Source: Pristiophorus japonicus (lineage: Eukaryota). From it: a DNA stretch of 64,000 nucleotides. Below are positions 1-13,053 of the stretch, piece by piece. The stretch covers positions 132,928,001-132,992,000 of the forward strand of contig NC_091980.1 of the NCBI RefSeq assembly GCF_044704955.1, written 5' to 3'. The notes beneath the pieces are model-generated. The model had not been told where the DNA came from, ran no database searches, and saw nothing but the letters and a program-made list of their open reading frames with translations. The position numbers were made by a program, and so were the translations under genes. Positions within the stretch are counted from its first letter, which is position 1; the number at the start of each line of letters is the position of its first letter.

Positions 1-135
1 GAGTATAAACACCAGCAAAGACCAGTTTGGCCAAATGGCCTGTGTTGTAAATTGGAACCAATTGCTTCAGAATGTACTGGGAACAATCAGTCGAAGTGGA
101 GCTAGACAGAAGGCCACTCCTTTATTGAATCCAAC

Positions 136-901
136 CTTGATATCTGTCAAGATGATCCGTCCTCCACGACAATTCTGGAATTTCATCAGTTTCTCAGCAT
201 GTTCACGTTCCTCATGTGACTGCTCCTTGAAGAACTCCGCAAAGTGACGCAGGGCAACATCATCCCGGTCAAAGTAGAAGGACTATGGAAAAAAATTTTT
301 TTGAGTAATTTGGTATTGCATAGCAGACCCATAACCATGTGTACATTACTTAAATTCAAATTTTACTTTCTTTCAAGGGTTCAAAGTCTTACTGAAACTT
401 TGATGTGCATGGGCAAGGAAACAATGTTTTGATATCCTTACCCAATGAAAAGCCAGAGCACAGCATCAAAGCCTTGATTTTTCAGTGGTGGGAGCAAGGA
501 AGAAAGTGTTGCAGATTGGACCACCCTTGCAGGAAAGAATACTTCCCGACATCCTTCTTAAATGGTCTAGCTTAAATTTTATTATAGACCCTCAGAAAGT
601 CCATGGAATGCATTAGAATGAGGATACAAATTCTGAGTTCCATGTATTCCAAATAAACTTCAACAAAAACTCAAAGGAGAACAAGAAAGTGAGTTAAGAT
701 TCAAGATACTCCGAATAGTTGGGCTGGATACAGCACATAATTTAGTAAATTCACTTTACATAGACTCCATTGTGAAGTGGTCTAAAATGTAAAACTAACC
801 ATAGAGAGATAAACATAGGAGGAATAGAGCTCCATGTTGATCTGCTTGTTAACAGCATCCTCACAGTCCTGGTGGTAGTTCTGACGCACTTGAGAAGCCA
901 T
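136..901 (-). CDS. fth1: Ferritin heavy-type subunit, copy A (exons 1-2 only; exons 3-4 expected beyond window start)
   Basis: Exon 1 (901-800): [34 protein letters not shown], then a GT donor. Exon 2 (282-136), after a ...ccatAG acceptor: [49 protein letters not shown], then a GT donor. Both exons are open and the intron positions match vertebrate ferritin genes. Exact paralog identity (H vs M-like) is uncertain. Confidence 0.93.
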
Positions 902-959
902 CTTGATTCTTTTTCACAAATCAAACCTTTGTTGTAGCAACAAACTAAGATTTAGCCAA

Positions 960-1180
960 CCTCAAACTCCTGTATTTATACTGAGGGATAATCCAGGGTG
1001 TGGCAGCCTCGATAATGAGTGACGGTCCTCAATACGCAATCAGAAGTTGCAGCCTCTCAGAGCACCAATGAACTTAAGGGAGGAGGGGGATGTACTCCCA
1101 GAGCCAGTCAGATTTTTGAAGAATGAGCATCATTGGCTGACAACTCAATGAGGATCCCAATTGTCCTAACTTTCCTCAAA
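960..1180 (-). promoter_or_regulatory. Ferritin copy A proximal promoter (TATAAAT at 974-980, CCAAT at 1132-1136, GGGAGGAGGGG GC-box-like motif)
   Basis: TATA box lies about 75 nt upstream of the ATG. The block is conserved upstream of all four ferritin copies. Confidence 0.7.
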
Positions 1181-1300
1181 CTCAGTTCAAATATCCATAA
1201 TACAGGTTGAAATGAATCCTCTGCTCTTCAGGCTAATCAATTGGGAAAAATATAAACCATAAATGCCCGCTTTACAAGGGGGAATAAACAAAAGTTCCAA

Positions 1301-1800
1301 GGGCCCAAGATTCCACTTGGCTTTTTTTGGCGCTATTTAAGATTAACGACCAAGTTTTTAAGCCAAAGTAGCTCCAAAAAAAATCCGAAGTGTCGCCATT
1401 TTTCTGTTTGAATTTGGCGCTGCGCAGAAAAGCCTTAGCTTCTGTGGGTGGAGCTTATTGATAGCGCCTCAAAACTGAGGCCCCGTTCTGCGCATGCACA
1501 AGTATTTGGGTTTCCAGGGTAACGTGTTGTTCTACAGTTTACTCTGTAGCTAGCCCATGCTGATTTTTCCCGTGCCGACCCGCTGAGATTTCCAGCATTT
1601 ACCGCTTTTGTTCCAGCATCCAGTATTTTACTTTAGTATCCATTCTGTACCTGGCCTGGGAGTATTTTGATGCTGAATCTCCCCATCCCAGTCAACGGCT
1701 CGCAAATGGCCCCCCGCTGCTGCCTCATCCCTGACCGAATGGCCCCCTGCTGCCGCCCCTATCCCCGGCTTGGCTTTCACCTTGCCCCCGGGCTTCTTGG
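1301..1800. mobile_element. Truncated non-autonomous DNA transposon (MITE) fragment, terminus GGGCCCAAGATTCC
   Basis: Start resembles the TIR of the complete MITE at 37298 (GGCCCCAAGTTTCC). It is absent at the homologous position upstream of ferritin copies B and C. No right TIR seen. Confidence 0.5.
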
Positions 1801-1809
1801 GATATGGTA

Positions 1810-2745
1810 ACATAGAGGCCTGGACCGATGATCAAGAGACATGACTAAAAGTCCTACCATGGCAGCTGCAGAATGTAAATTTAGTTAAGTAAATAAAAAT
1901 CTGGAATAAAAAGCTAGTATCAGTAATGTTGCCCAGGGAGTTATCAGATTGTTGTAAAAACCCATCTGCTTCACTAATGTCCTTAGGGAAGGAAATCTGC
2001 CATCCTTAACCGGTCTGGCCTATATGTGTTTCCAAACCCACAGCAATTGACACTTAACTGCCCTCAGAAATGTTCTCGCAAGCCACTCAGTTGTAACAAA
2101 CTGCTACAAGAAACATTAATAAGAGTAAAACAGGATGGACCACCTGGCATCGAACTCGGCACCAGCTTTGGACAAGACAATGGCATACCCAGCCCATGTT
2201 GACCCTTCAAGGTCCATCTCACTAACATCTGGGACTTGTGTCAAAATTGGGAGAGATGTCCCACAGGCTGGTCAAGCAACAGCCTGACATAGTCATCCTC
2301 ACAGAATCATACCTTTCAGTCAATGTCCTAGACTCCTCCATCTCCATCCCTGAGTATGTCCTGTCCCACCAGCAGGACAGACGCACCTGAGGTGGTGGCT
2401 CTGCAGAATACAAAAGGGATGAAGTGACCCTGGGAGTCCTCAACATTGACCCCGGACCGCATGAAGTCGAAGGTCAAACATGGGCAAAGAAATCTCCTAC
2501 TGATTACCATCTACTGTCCTCCCTCAGCTGATCAATCAATACTCCTCCATGTTGAGAATCACTTGCAAGAAGCACTGATTGCAGCAATGGATTTCAATGT
2601 CCATCAGCAGGAGTGGCTCAGTAGCACCACTACTGACCGAGCTGGCTGAGTCCTGAAGGTATAGCTGCCAGATTGGGCCTGCGACAGGTGGTGAGAGAAC
2701 CAACAGAAGGGAAAAACCTATTTGACGTTGTCCTCACCAATCGTC
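1810..2745 (+). mobile_element. 5' part of a CR1/L2-clade LINE: tRNA-like head, 5'UTR and degenerate APE endonuclease
   Basis: Frames read KQQPDIVILTESYL, LLITIYCPPS and DFNVH, which are APE motifs, with stops and frameshifts. Duplicate at about 49650-50625. Confidence 0.7.
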
Positions 2746-2839
2746 GACAATGCTATCAAGTGCGACTTACTCGCCAATCATGAGGTGGGGTGGGAGGGGT
2801 CCCAGAACCATGCCCAATAGGGTATTCTGTGTGGGATAT

Positions 2840-3745
2840 GGTAGAATAGTGGTTATGTTACTGGATAAGTAATCCAGATACTGGGGCTAATGATCCAGAG
2901 AAAAGATACCACTACAGCAGCTGGGGAATTTAAATTCAGTTAATTAATTCAATAAACCTGGAATAAAAAGCTGGTATCAATGCTGGTGATCATGAAACTT
3001 GTCGGTTTGTCATAAAAATCCAGCTGATTCACGAATATGCTTCGGAAAATAAATATGCCATTTGACCCGGCCTGGCCTATATATGACTCCAGGCCTACAG
3101 CCAGGTGGTTGACTCTTAAATGCCCTCTGAAATGGCCTAGCAAGCCACTCAGTTGTACAAGGCGGCTCACCAGCACCTTTAAGGGCAATTAGATATAGAA
3201 ACATAGAATCATAGAAAATAGGTGCAGCAGCAGGCCATTCGGCCCTTCCAGTCTGCACCACCATTCAATATGATCATTGCTGATCATGCAACTTCAATAC
3301 CCCATTCCCGCCTTCTCTCCATACCTCCTGATCCCCTTAGCCGTAAGGGCCACATCTAACTCCCTCTTGAATATATCCAACGAACTGGACTCAACAATTT
3401 TCTGTGGTAGAGAATTCCACAGGTTCACCACTCCCTGGGTGAAAAAGTTTCTCCTCATCTCGGTCCTATATGGCTTACACCTTATCCTTAGACGGTGACC
3501 CCTGGTTCTGGACTTCCCCAACATTGGAAACATTCTTCCCGCATCTAACCTGTCCAGTCCCGTCATAATTTTATATGTTTCTATGAGATCCTTTCTCATT
3601 CTTCTAAATTCCAATGAGTATAAGCCTAGCCGATCCAATCTGTCTTCATATATCAATCCTGCCATCCCGGGAATTAGTCCGGTGAACCTTCGCTGCACTC
3701 CTTCAATAAGCAATAAATATGGGCAATAAATGCTGGCCTTGAGCT
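2840..3745 (+). mobile_element. SINE-like element (same head as the LINE above plus a LINE 3' tail), split by a CR1 insertion
   Basis: atagtggttatgttactgga head, the same body as 1870-2095, and a gggcaattag/gggcaataaatgctggcc tail. Uninterrupted copy at about 44680-45030. Confidence 0.6.
3196..3711 (-). mobile_element. CR1 LINE 3' fragment
   Basis: ORF IEGVQRRFT...LGLYSLEFRRMR...RRNFFTQGVVNLWN (CR1 ORF2 C-terminus) with a (TTTCTATG)n-type tail. Confidence 0.9.
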
Positions 3746-4124
3746 CAGATATTGCTGATCTGTATTGCAGTTACTCGCTTCTTTGCTCACGCAGCTTAAC
3801 AGAAAGTCTACAGCAGTCGTGGTACGTTTACTGAGCTACCCACGGGAATAACTCTGATTGCAAAGAGCATAAATGCATTTAAGGGGAAGCTAGATAAACA
3901 CGAGGGAGAAAGAAGAGAGGGATATTCTAATAGGCCTAGATGAAGTGGGGTGGGAGGAGACTCACATGGAGCATAAACTATGGCATGGCCCAGTTAGGCC
4001 GAATGGTCTTTTTCATTGCTGTCAGTTCGATGTAATTCTTAAAACACGAGCACCTGTAAAGTTTTTCACCGAGTGAGCTGAAGACTTTGTCAGAAACATG
4101 AAGCTGTCAAACCCAGGCCAACTC

Positions 4125-5203
4125 ACAAGAACAAAGGAACACAAGAAATAGGAGCAGGAATAGGCCATTTGACCCCTCAAGTCTGCTCCGCTATTTAATA
4201 AGATCATGGCTGATCTGATAATGGATTCAGTTTCACTTCACTGCCCGCTTCCCATAACCCATTATTCCCTTATCATTCCAAAATCTGTCTATCTTCATCC
4301 TCCACATCTCTCTGGGGTAGAGAATTCCATAGATTTACACTCCTCTAAGAGAAGAAAGTCCTCCTCATCTCAATTTTAAATGGGCAGCCCTCTAGTTTTA
4401 GTTTCCCCCATGCCTGGAGATACACTGCCTGCTTCCATCTTGTCCAGCCCTCCCATTATCTTATATGTTTTGTAAAGATCACCGCTCATTTTTCTGACCT
4501 CCGATGAGTGTAGACCCAATTTACTCAACCTATCTTCATAAATCTACCCCCTCATCTCTGGAATTAACCTAGTGAACCTCCTCTGAAGAGCCTCCAATGC
4601 AAGTATATCCATTCTTAAATACGGAGACCAAAACTGTACACAGTACTCGAGGTGTGGCCTTACCAATACCCTGAACATTTGTAGCAGGACTTCCCTTCTT
4701 TTATACTCTATCCCCCTTGTAATAAAGGCCAACATTCCATGTGCCTTCCTGATTACTTGCTGTAACCTGCATACTAACATTTTGTGTTTCATGCACAAGG
4801 GCCCCCAGGTCCCTCTGTATTGAAGCACTTTGCAATTTTTCTCCATTTAAATTACAATCTGCTTTTCTATTTTTTCTGGCAAAGTCGATAACCTCATATT
4901 TTCCTACATTATACTCCATATGCCAAATTTTTGCCAACTCATTTAGCCTGTCTATATCCCTTTGCAGATTTTTTGTGACCTCCTCACAATTTGCTTTCCA
5001 ACCCATCTTTGTGTCATCACCAAACTTGCTTACATTACACTCGGTCCCTTCATCCAAGTCATTAATATAGATTGTAAATAGTTGAGGCCCCAGCATTGAT
5101 CCCTGTGGCACCCCACTAGTTGCTGATTGCCAACCGAAAAATGACCCATTTATCCTGACTGTCTGTTTTCTGTTAGTCAGCCAATCCTCAAACCATGCTA
5201 ATA
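4125..5203 (-). mobile_element. CR1 LINE 3' fragment (RT C-terminal part)
   Basis: [19 protein letters not shown]...KFGDDTK and LVRPHLEYC motifs, frameshifted. Confidence 0.9.
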
Positions 5204-6082
5204 TGACTCGAAGAATTGTGGCTTGTCAGTGTATGAAATTTTGTGTGATTGATACCCCAAAGGTGCCTTTGAGAATTGCAAAGACATTGGGCTCAATTTT
5301 CTCCAGTTATCTGCACCGTTTTTTTGGCGCACGCAACTTTTTTTGCTGTAAATTAAAATATCTAAGTTTCCCCAAAGTTTCTGCGTTAACGTAACTCAGT
5401 TAGTTACGATTTTTTTAGGTTAGGATTTTTTTTGCATCATACGGGGTGGATCATGATGTCTGCCCCAGTTTTTCACATTTAAGCAAGTTTGGCCAACTTA
5501 CATTTTTTCTAGGACGGTGTATGTGACCACTCCCAAAACACCTTCTGGGCATTTAAGAAAAACCAGCACGCATTAAAAAATCGACGCAAAAGGACGCCAC
5601 TGTTTTTATGCAAAGTTTTGGAGAAAGTCAAGAAGACAAAAAATTGCCTTATGAAGCTTCATTTTTTAAAACTCAAAATGGAGAAAATGGAAGTCGAATG
5701 CAATTCTTTAATTTTCGATATTTTTCAAAGTGCCACACCACCACCGAACGTCTCCCCACCGGGCTCGAGGGTCGGAGCGTCAGCCAACGGAATCAATCCC
5801 TCGCCCGGACACAGGGGCTCGGGGCTCGGCTTCAAAAGGAGCCCGGGGAGGTGATGGAAACGGAACTGAAGGGATGAGAACCCTTGCACTATACAGCAGC
5901 ATCAAAAGAAGCATGTGGTATGTTTGCTGAGCCCCTGTGTCCAGGCGAGGGAGTGATTCTGCGAACCGACCCACTAGGGCATCGACCATGGGGAGAGAGA
6001 GAGGAGAGCAGCTTTAACTCCTTGTCCTGCTATTTTGAGCTTGTTGCAAAGATACAGTTTAATTATGGGGGAAATATTGACA

Positions 6083-9000
6083 ATGCCATACCTCATGCAA
6101 GCCTCCTGGATGATGGTGCTGCGGAGGAGACGGTTGAATCGACATCATCACATGAGGGACTGCAGAGCACGTAGGATGATGGGCAGGATGCCTTCCCCAT
6201 GTCAGGTATATCGACACAGGTGTTCATACCTGCACCTGAGTGATGCAGACTGTGTGAGAAGGCTGCATTTCCACAAATAAATTTTAACCGAAATCTGAAC
6301 ATTAGTAAAACAGACTTGCAACCTAGAAGCGTCAGGAGGTCTGCTTTGTCACTTGAAGTGAAGGTTACAGCTGCACTTTCATTTTATGCATCTGGATCAT
6401 TCCAGGCCACAACTGGGGATGTGTGCACCATTTCTCAACATGCAACATGTTATGCCTTGAATAAAGAGTCAGACTAGATGTTGCAAGCTCAAAGTAAGGT
6501 GTGACCGTAATCCTTTATTGCAGATCTCAGAGTGCCTCTCCAGCTTGTGAGGCCTCCTTATACACAGGTGCTCGCAAGGGATTCTGGGCTCCTTTGGGAC
6601 TCCAGGGGATAAGCCCCCTGGTGGTTAGACATGGTATTTACAGGGTTATATACATAACAACATTACCCCCCAAAGTCAATAGTGTAACTGTTTACAATGT
6701 GAGTCGATCTGGGGACTTCCTTTCCCTAGATGATCGTTTCGGTGCAAATGCTGGTTTTGGTGAGTCGTTTGTTGGGCCCTCGCTGGGCTGATGCGCACCT
6801 GGTCTTGCTGGTCTGCTAGGCATGGTGATTCCTGCTGGGCTGCTGTGGGTGATGGGTTCTACTTCGTGGTCAACCGCTGGGTGGGTTGCCACTTGTGTCT
6901 GTGTTGGAGGGTCAAAAAAGTTAGTCTATTTGGGTTGTTCTGGATAGTCCGTAAATCTGAGTTTGGTTTGGTCCAAGTGTTTCCTGCAGGTGAGACAATT
7001 TGAGAGTTTGACCACAAACACCCTACTCCCCTCTTTGGCCAAAACAATACCAGGAAGCCACTTGGGACCTTGTCTATAGTTCAGCACAAATACAAGATCA
7101 TTCATCTCAATTTAATGTGACACATTTGCGCGATCATGATATGTATTCTGTTGAAACCGCCTGCTCTCTACCTGTTCGCGTAGATCAGGATGGACTAGGG
7201 AGAGCTTTGTCTTAAGCGCCCTTTTCATGAGCAGTTCAGCGGGAGGGATCCCAGTGAGCAAGTGGGGTCTTGTGCAGTAACTAAGCAGGACTCAGTACAA
7301 ACGAGTCTGCAATGAGCCTTCAGTTACCCTTTCCAAGCTCTCTTCATTGTTTGAACTGCTCATTCTACCTGACCATTGGATGCTGGATTGAACGGGGAAG
7401 ATGTGACATGTTTGATCCCATTGCGGGTCATGAACTCCTTGAACTCGGCACTGGTATAGCATGGCCCATTGTCGCTTACAAGGAAATCAGGCAGGCCGTG
7501 CATTGCAAACATGGCCCGTACATTTTAATGGTGGCAGCGGACGTACTTGCCAACATTATCACACATTCAATCCATTTGAAGTATGCATCTACAATCACGA
7601 AGAACATTTTTCCCAAGAATGGGCCTGCATAGTCGACATGGACCCTGGACCACAGTTTGGACGCCAGGACCATAAACTTAGTGGTGCTTAACTGTGAACA
7701 TGTGAACTGTGAACATTTGCGCACGCAGGACTCTAAGCCTGCATCGATACTGGGCCATCAAACGTCGGATCTGGCTATCACTTTCATCAGTACGATGCCT
7801 GGTTGGGTGATGTGGAGATCACTAATGAAAGTGTCCCTGCCTTTTTTTGGCACCACTAACTGATTACCCCATAGGAGTCAGTCTGACTGTCTAGACATTT
7901 CATCTCTGCACTGCTGTTACGGCTTTGTTTCTTCCTGCATCTCTAACGGGACACTAGACCAACTCCCGTGGAGCACACAGTTTTTTACTAAGGACAGTAA
8001 GGGGTCCTGGCTCATCCAGGTTCTAATCTGGCGGGCTGTAGCAGGTGATTGCTCACTCTCCAATGCTTCCATTACCATAACTAAATCTGCGGGCTGTGCC
8101 ATCTCCACCCTTGTGCTGGGCAATGGCAGCCTACTGAGAGCATCTGTGTCTGGCCTGTGGCAGATGGCGTAGTTATATGTGGACAACGGAGCGCCCATTC
8201 TGGATGCGGCCCGACGCATTCGCATTTATCCTCTTGCTTTCAGAAAAGAAGGATCTAAGCAGCTTATGGTCCGTTTCCAATTCAAATTTGAGCCCGAACA
8301 GATATTGATGCATTTTCTTTACCCCGTAAACGCACGCTAACACTTCTTTTTCAATCATGCTATCGGATCTCTCAACCTTAGACAGACTTCTGGATGCATA
8401 ATCAAGCGGTTCCAATTTTGCAAATTCATTAGCTTGTTGCAATACACATTCGACCCCGTACGATGACGCATCAAATGCTAGTACCAAACGCTGACATGGA
8501 TCATACAACACAAGCAATTTTTTTGAGCATAACAGTTTCCTCGCTTTCGCAAAGGCATTTTCTTGGCTTTTACCCCATACCCATTCATCTCCTTTACGCA
8601 GTAACGACTGCAGGGGTTCATCATGGGCCTGATGCCATCCGCCGTGATTCTTCTCTCCTCGAACTCCACTTCAGGCACCAGGAAAACGCATTTTGAGCGT
8701 TTTTGCCTGAGCCCCAGATGATTAAGCCGACTAAGAAACTCCACCAGGTTCTGCAGGTGCTCGACGGTGTCCTGACCCATAACCAAGATGTTGTGCTGGA
8801 AGACCACGGTGCACGGGACCGACTTCAGCAAGCTTTCCATGTTCCTCTGGAATATCGCCGCGGCAGCTCGAATCCCAAAAGGGCATCTGTTGTAAATGAA
8901 GAGACCTTTTTGCGTGTTGATGCAGGTGAGGCCCTTCGATGATTCCTCCAGCTCCTGCGTTATGTAGGTTGAGGTCAAGTCCAGCTTCATGAATGTTTTC

Positions 9001-11660
9001 CCTCCCGCCAGCATCGCAAATAGGTCATCTACCTTTGGTAGCGGGTATTGATTCTGCAGCGAGAAATGATTGATAGTTACTTTGTAATCCCCACAGATTC
9101 TGATGGTGCCGTCTCCCTTTAGGGCTGGAAAAATTGGACTGACCCACTCATTGAATTCGATCGCCAAAATGATGCCCTCTCATTGCAGCCTGTCCAGCTC
9201 GATCTCCACCCTTTCATCATATACGGTACTGCTCTCACCTCATGATGGATGGGTCGCGCCCCCGGAATCAAATGCATTTGCACTTTTGTTCCTTGGAACT
9301 TCCCGATGCCTGGTTTGAACAGCGAGGGGAATTTCTTCGGACCAGGGCACATGAGGTGCCGTCGACGGAAGAAAGCGCTAGGACATCGTCAAGTTCCAGC
9401 GTATCTTTGTCAGCCAGGTTTTGCCGAACAGCATAAGGCCATCGCCCGGTAACACCCAGAGTAGTAACTCGTGCACCGCTCCATCGTAGGTGACCTTTAC
9501 AGTAGCACTGCTGATTACAGGAATCAGTTCCTTTGTGTATATTCTCAGTTTAGTATGAATGGGAGTCAGGACTGGCCTTGAGGCCTTGCTGCACCACAAT
9601 TTATCGCAAGTCTTTGTGCTCATTATGAACTGGCTTGCGCCCGTGTCCAGCTCCATGGACTCCGGGAGTCCATTTAATTCAACCTTCAGCATAATAGGGG
9701 GAAACTTTGTGGTAAATGTGTGCTACCATATACTACTGCCCCCTCAGTCTGAGGCTCTGGTTCGTCGTGATTCACTGTGAATCTGTCCTCCTCTGCAACA
9801 TGGTGGTTTGCAGGATTAGCAGGGTTTGCAGCTCGCCTGCACCTGCGTTGGAGGTGTCCCATTGTTCCACAGCCCTTGCAAATGTATCCTTTGAAGCGGC
9901 ATGAATGGAAATGATGATCACCCCCACAGCGCCAACAAGGTATTAATGTCCTTGTATTCACAACCCTTGATGGTGGACTCTGAGTCATCTGCGGACGTGC
10001 AGCTGCAGGCTTGTAAGTTCTGCCCTGTACATTTCGATTCGCAAACAACATTACTTTGTTCACAGTACTTGCAGCAGCACTAGTGTGCTGAGAAATTTGT
10101 TTGATATTGTCACTGGTGGTGATAGAGCTCCCACCTGGGCTACCGCTATGGCATTACTCAAGGTTGGGGTATCTACAGTCAAAACTTTGCGAAATATTAC
10201 TTCATGGCCAATGCCAAGTACAAAGAAGTCCCTGAGCATGTGCTCCAAGTGTTCTTCAAATTCGCAATGTCCGGCAAGGCGCCTTAGCGCAGCGACGTAG
10301 CTCGCCACTTCCTGGCCTTCAGACCTATTGCATGTGTAGAACCGATACCTCGCCATCAGAATGCTTTCCTTCGGGTTTAGATGCTCCTGGACTAGTGTGC
10401 ACAACTCATCGTTCGAATTGTCTGTGGGTTTCGCTGGAGCGAGCAGATTTTTCACGAGGCCATACATTGGTGCCCCGCAAATGGTGAGGAGGATTGCCCT
10501 TCGTTTGGCAGCGTTCGGTTCTCCTTCCAGCTCGTTGACCAGGAAGTATTGGTCGAGTTGCTCCACGAAGGTTTCCCAATCGTCTCCCTTTGAAAGTTTC
10601 TCCAGGATGCCCACGGTACTCTACATTGTTGCAGTGGGGTCCATCATTTGTATCTCATCGCCAGTTGTTATGTCTTGAATAAAGAGTCAGACTAGATGCT
10701 GCAAGCTCAAAGTAAGGTTTGACCATTGTCCTTTATTACAGTTCTCAGAGTGCCTCTCCAGCCTGTGAGGTCTCCTTATGTACAGGTGCTCCCAAGGGAT
10801 TGTGAGCTTCCTTGAGACTCCAGGGGATAAGCCCTCTGGTGGTTAGACATGGTATTTACAGGTTTACATACATAACACAACACATGTGCATTCGGCAGGT
10901 GACTGCTGCACTATATACCCGGAGGAATGTCGATATAAAGTTCCCCATGATCACTCAGGCAATGCGTGACAGGGCTGTGGGCTTCTCCAGGATTGCTGAC
11001 TTCCCAAAGGTACAGAGCTGCATTGATTGTAGCCACATTGCCTAGCAAGCACCTTTGAAGGATTCTGAGATGGACAGGAACAGAAAAGGCTTCCATTCCG
11101 TGAATGTGCCTCGTGTGTGATGATATGCATCGCATCATGGTAGTTGATGCGAGATAGCCTGGGAGCACCCACAATGTGTTCATCCTACGTGAGAAGGGCA
11201 GTTCTGACTGCTGGGAGATAAAGCGTTAGGCCTCGCCATCCGGCTCATGACGCCCCTACATGCAAGCCGGATGGAACCTGACGGGGAATACAACATGTAG
11301 TACATTGCCACATGCAGCATAATAGAGAGGGCCATTGGCATCTTGAAGCAGTGTTTCCGATGCATGGACCATCCCGGAGGCTACTTGCTATACTCCCCTG
11401 AGATTGTCAGTCAGTTCACTGTTGTGTGCTGCATGCTGTACAACTTAGCCATCATGAGGCAGCAGCAGCTGGTAGTAGAAGACCCACCTGAGGTGCGAGT
11501 GGCTGATGATGAGGAAGAAGATGCAGATGACGAAGAGGAGGAGGAGGACGAGGATGAGGAAGCCATGCAACTACTTGAAACCGGAGCACGACGGCGGAGG
11601 AGGGCGGGCGGTTGTACCCCTTTAACGATTTCTCGAGCCTTGCACCAGCAGCTCGTCCGT
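6083..11660 (+). pseudogene. HARBI1-like DDE transposase, split by the Gypsy element and carrying stops and frameshifts
   Basis: N-terminal YRHRCSYLHLSDADCVRRLHF. After the Gypsy insertion: IDCSH, GDK, IERAIGILKQCFRCMD...CCMLYNLA, then an acidic tail. Confidence 0.85.
6448..10877 (-). mobile_element. Ty3/Gypsy LTR retrotransposon, full length but decayed
   Basis: 212-bp LTRs (6448-6659 and 10666-10877, TG...CA), 5-bp TSD CAACA, PBS TGGCGATGAG (tRNA-Ser-like), PPT. Contains gag with a CCHC knuckle (CWRCGGDHHFHSC), protease LDTGA, RT, RNase H (DASSYG) and integrase (VHVDYAGP), in Gypsy order. Confidence 0.95.
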
Positions 11661-11949
11661 GAATGCCTTCCTGCCTCAAGACTCAGCGGCAACTATTCCA
11701 CATGGACCATGATTAGTGTTTGGATCTGTTCCGCAATGTTGTGTTGTGTTAATGGAAAAATAATGCAAATGGTTCTTCATTATTTCAAAAAGTTGTGTTA
11801 GTAATGGAACAAATAATGGAAATGATTCTTCTAAACTTCAAAAAGTTGTGTTAATAATGGAAATGATTCTGTTATAATTTAAAAATATATATTATTCAAA
11901 AGTTTAACACTTGTTTGTACTTAACTTTAATCAAAATATTCTTGTATCA

Positions 11950-12030
11950 AACTTTAAAGTTTTCAGTTAAGATCACTTACAAACTTTAAGCTCACTTACA
12001 AACTTTAAGATCACATACAAACTTTTAAAC
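11950..12030. repeat. Short tandem repeat (about 19-bp unit aaactttaagatcacttac) between the convergent Harbinger ORFs
   Basis: 3-4 imperfect units here; a single unit in the duplicate at about 59980. Confidence 0.6.
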
Positions 12031-12180
12031 TTGTGAATTTACATAACTTACAAAAAATGTTTAATTTGAGAACAGTTACAAAAGTAACAACAATAATACC
12101 AACAACAACAGCAGCAAAGAAAGGCTGCACCTCGCCTCCACCTTATGCTAAGACCACCCGCTGTGCTTCGTCTTGGTGAC

Positions 12181-13053
12181 TTGGATAGCTTAGGTGAGTG
12201 GGTAAAAGAATGGCAGATGAAGTATCATGTGGATAAATGTGAGGTTATCTACTTTGGTGGTAAAAACAGAGAGACAGACTATTATCTGAATGGTGACAGA
12301 TTATGAAAAGGGAAGGTGCAACGAGACCTGGGTGTCATGGTACATCAGTCATTGAAGGTTGGCATGCAGGTACAGCAGGTGGTTAAGAAATCAAATGGCA
12401 TGTTGGCCTTCATAGCGAGGGGATTTGAGTACAGGGGCAGGGAGGTGTTGCTACAGTTGTACAGGGCCTTGGTGAGGCCACACCTGGAGTATTGTGGACA
12501 GTTTTGGTCTCCTAACTTGAGGAAGGACATTCTTGCTATTGAGGGAGTGCAGCGAAGATTCACTAGACTGATTCGGGGGATGGCGGGACTAACCTATCAA
12601 GAAAGACTGAATCAACTGGGCTTGTATTCACTGGAGTTCAGAAGAATGAGAGGGGACCTCATAGAAACGTTTAAAATTCTGACGGGTTTAGACAGGTTAG
12701 ATGCAGGAAGAATGTTCCCAATGTTGGGGAAGTCCAGAACCAGGGGTCACAGTCTGAGGATAAGGGGTAAGCCATTTAGGACCGAGATGAGGAGAAACTT
12801 CTTCACCCAGAGAGTGGTGAACCTGTGAAATTCTCTACCACAGAAAGTAGTTGAGGCCAATTCACTAAATATATTCAAAAGGGAGTTAGATGAAGTCCTT
12901 ACTACTCGGGGGATCAAGGGGTATGGCGAGAAAGCCGGAATGGGGTACTGAAGTTTCATGTTCAGCCATGAACTCATTGAATGGCGGTGCAGGCTAGAAG
13001 GGCTGAATGGCCTGCTCCTGCACCTATTTTCTATGTCTATGTCTATGTCTATG
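12181..13053 (+). mobile_element. CR1 LINE 3' fragment, specific to this duplicate copy
   Basis: 170-aa open CR1 RT C-terminus with a (CTATGT)n tail. The empty site is at about 60155 (cttggtgactccacc). Confidence 0.92.

Noticed and set aside
640-797. Conserved intron-1 segment as a possible intronic snoRNA
   Set aside because: I could not identify convincing C/D or H/ACA boxes, and paralogy explains the similarity.
11343-11801. HARBI1-like ORF as a domesticated host gene (likewise the Myb/SANT ORF as NAIF1 or MSANTD)
   Set aside because: It lies within TIRs, is interrupted by a Gypsy element and has stops and frameshifts, so it is a decayed transposon.
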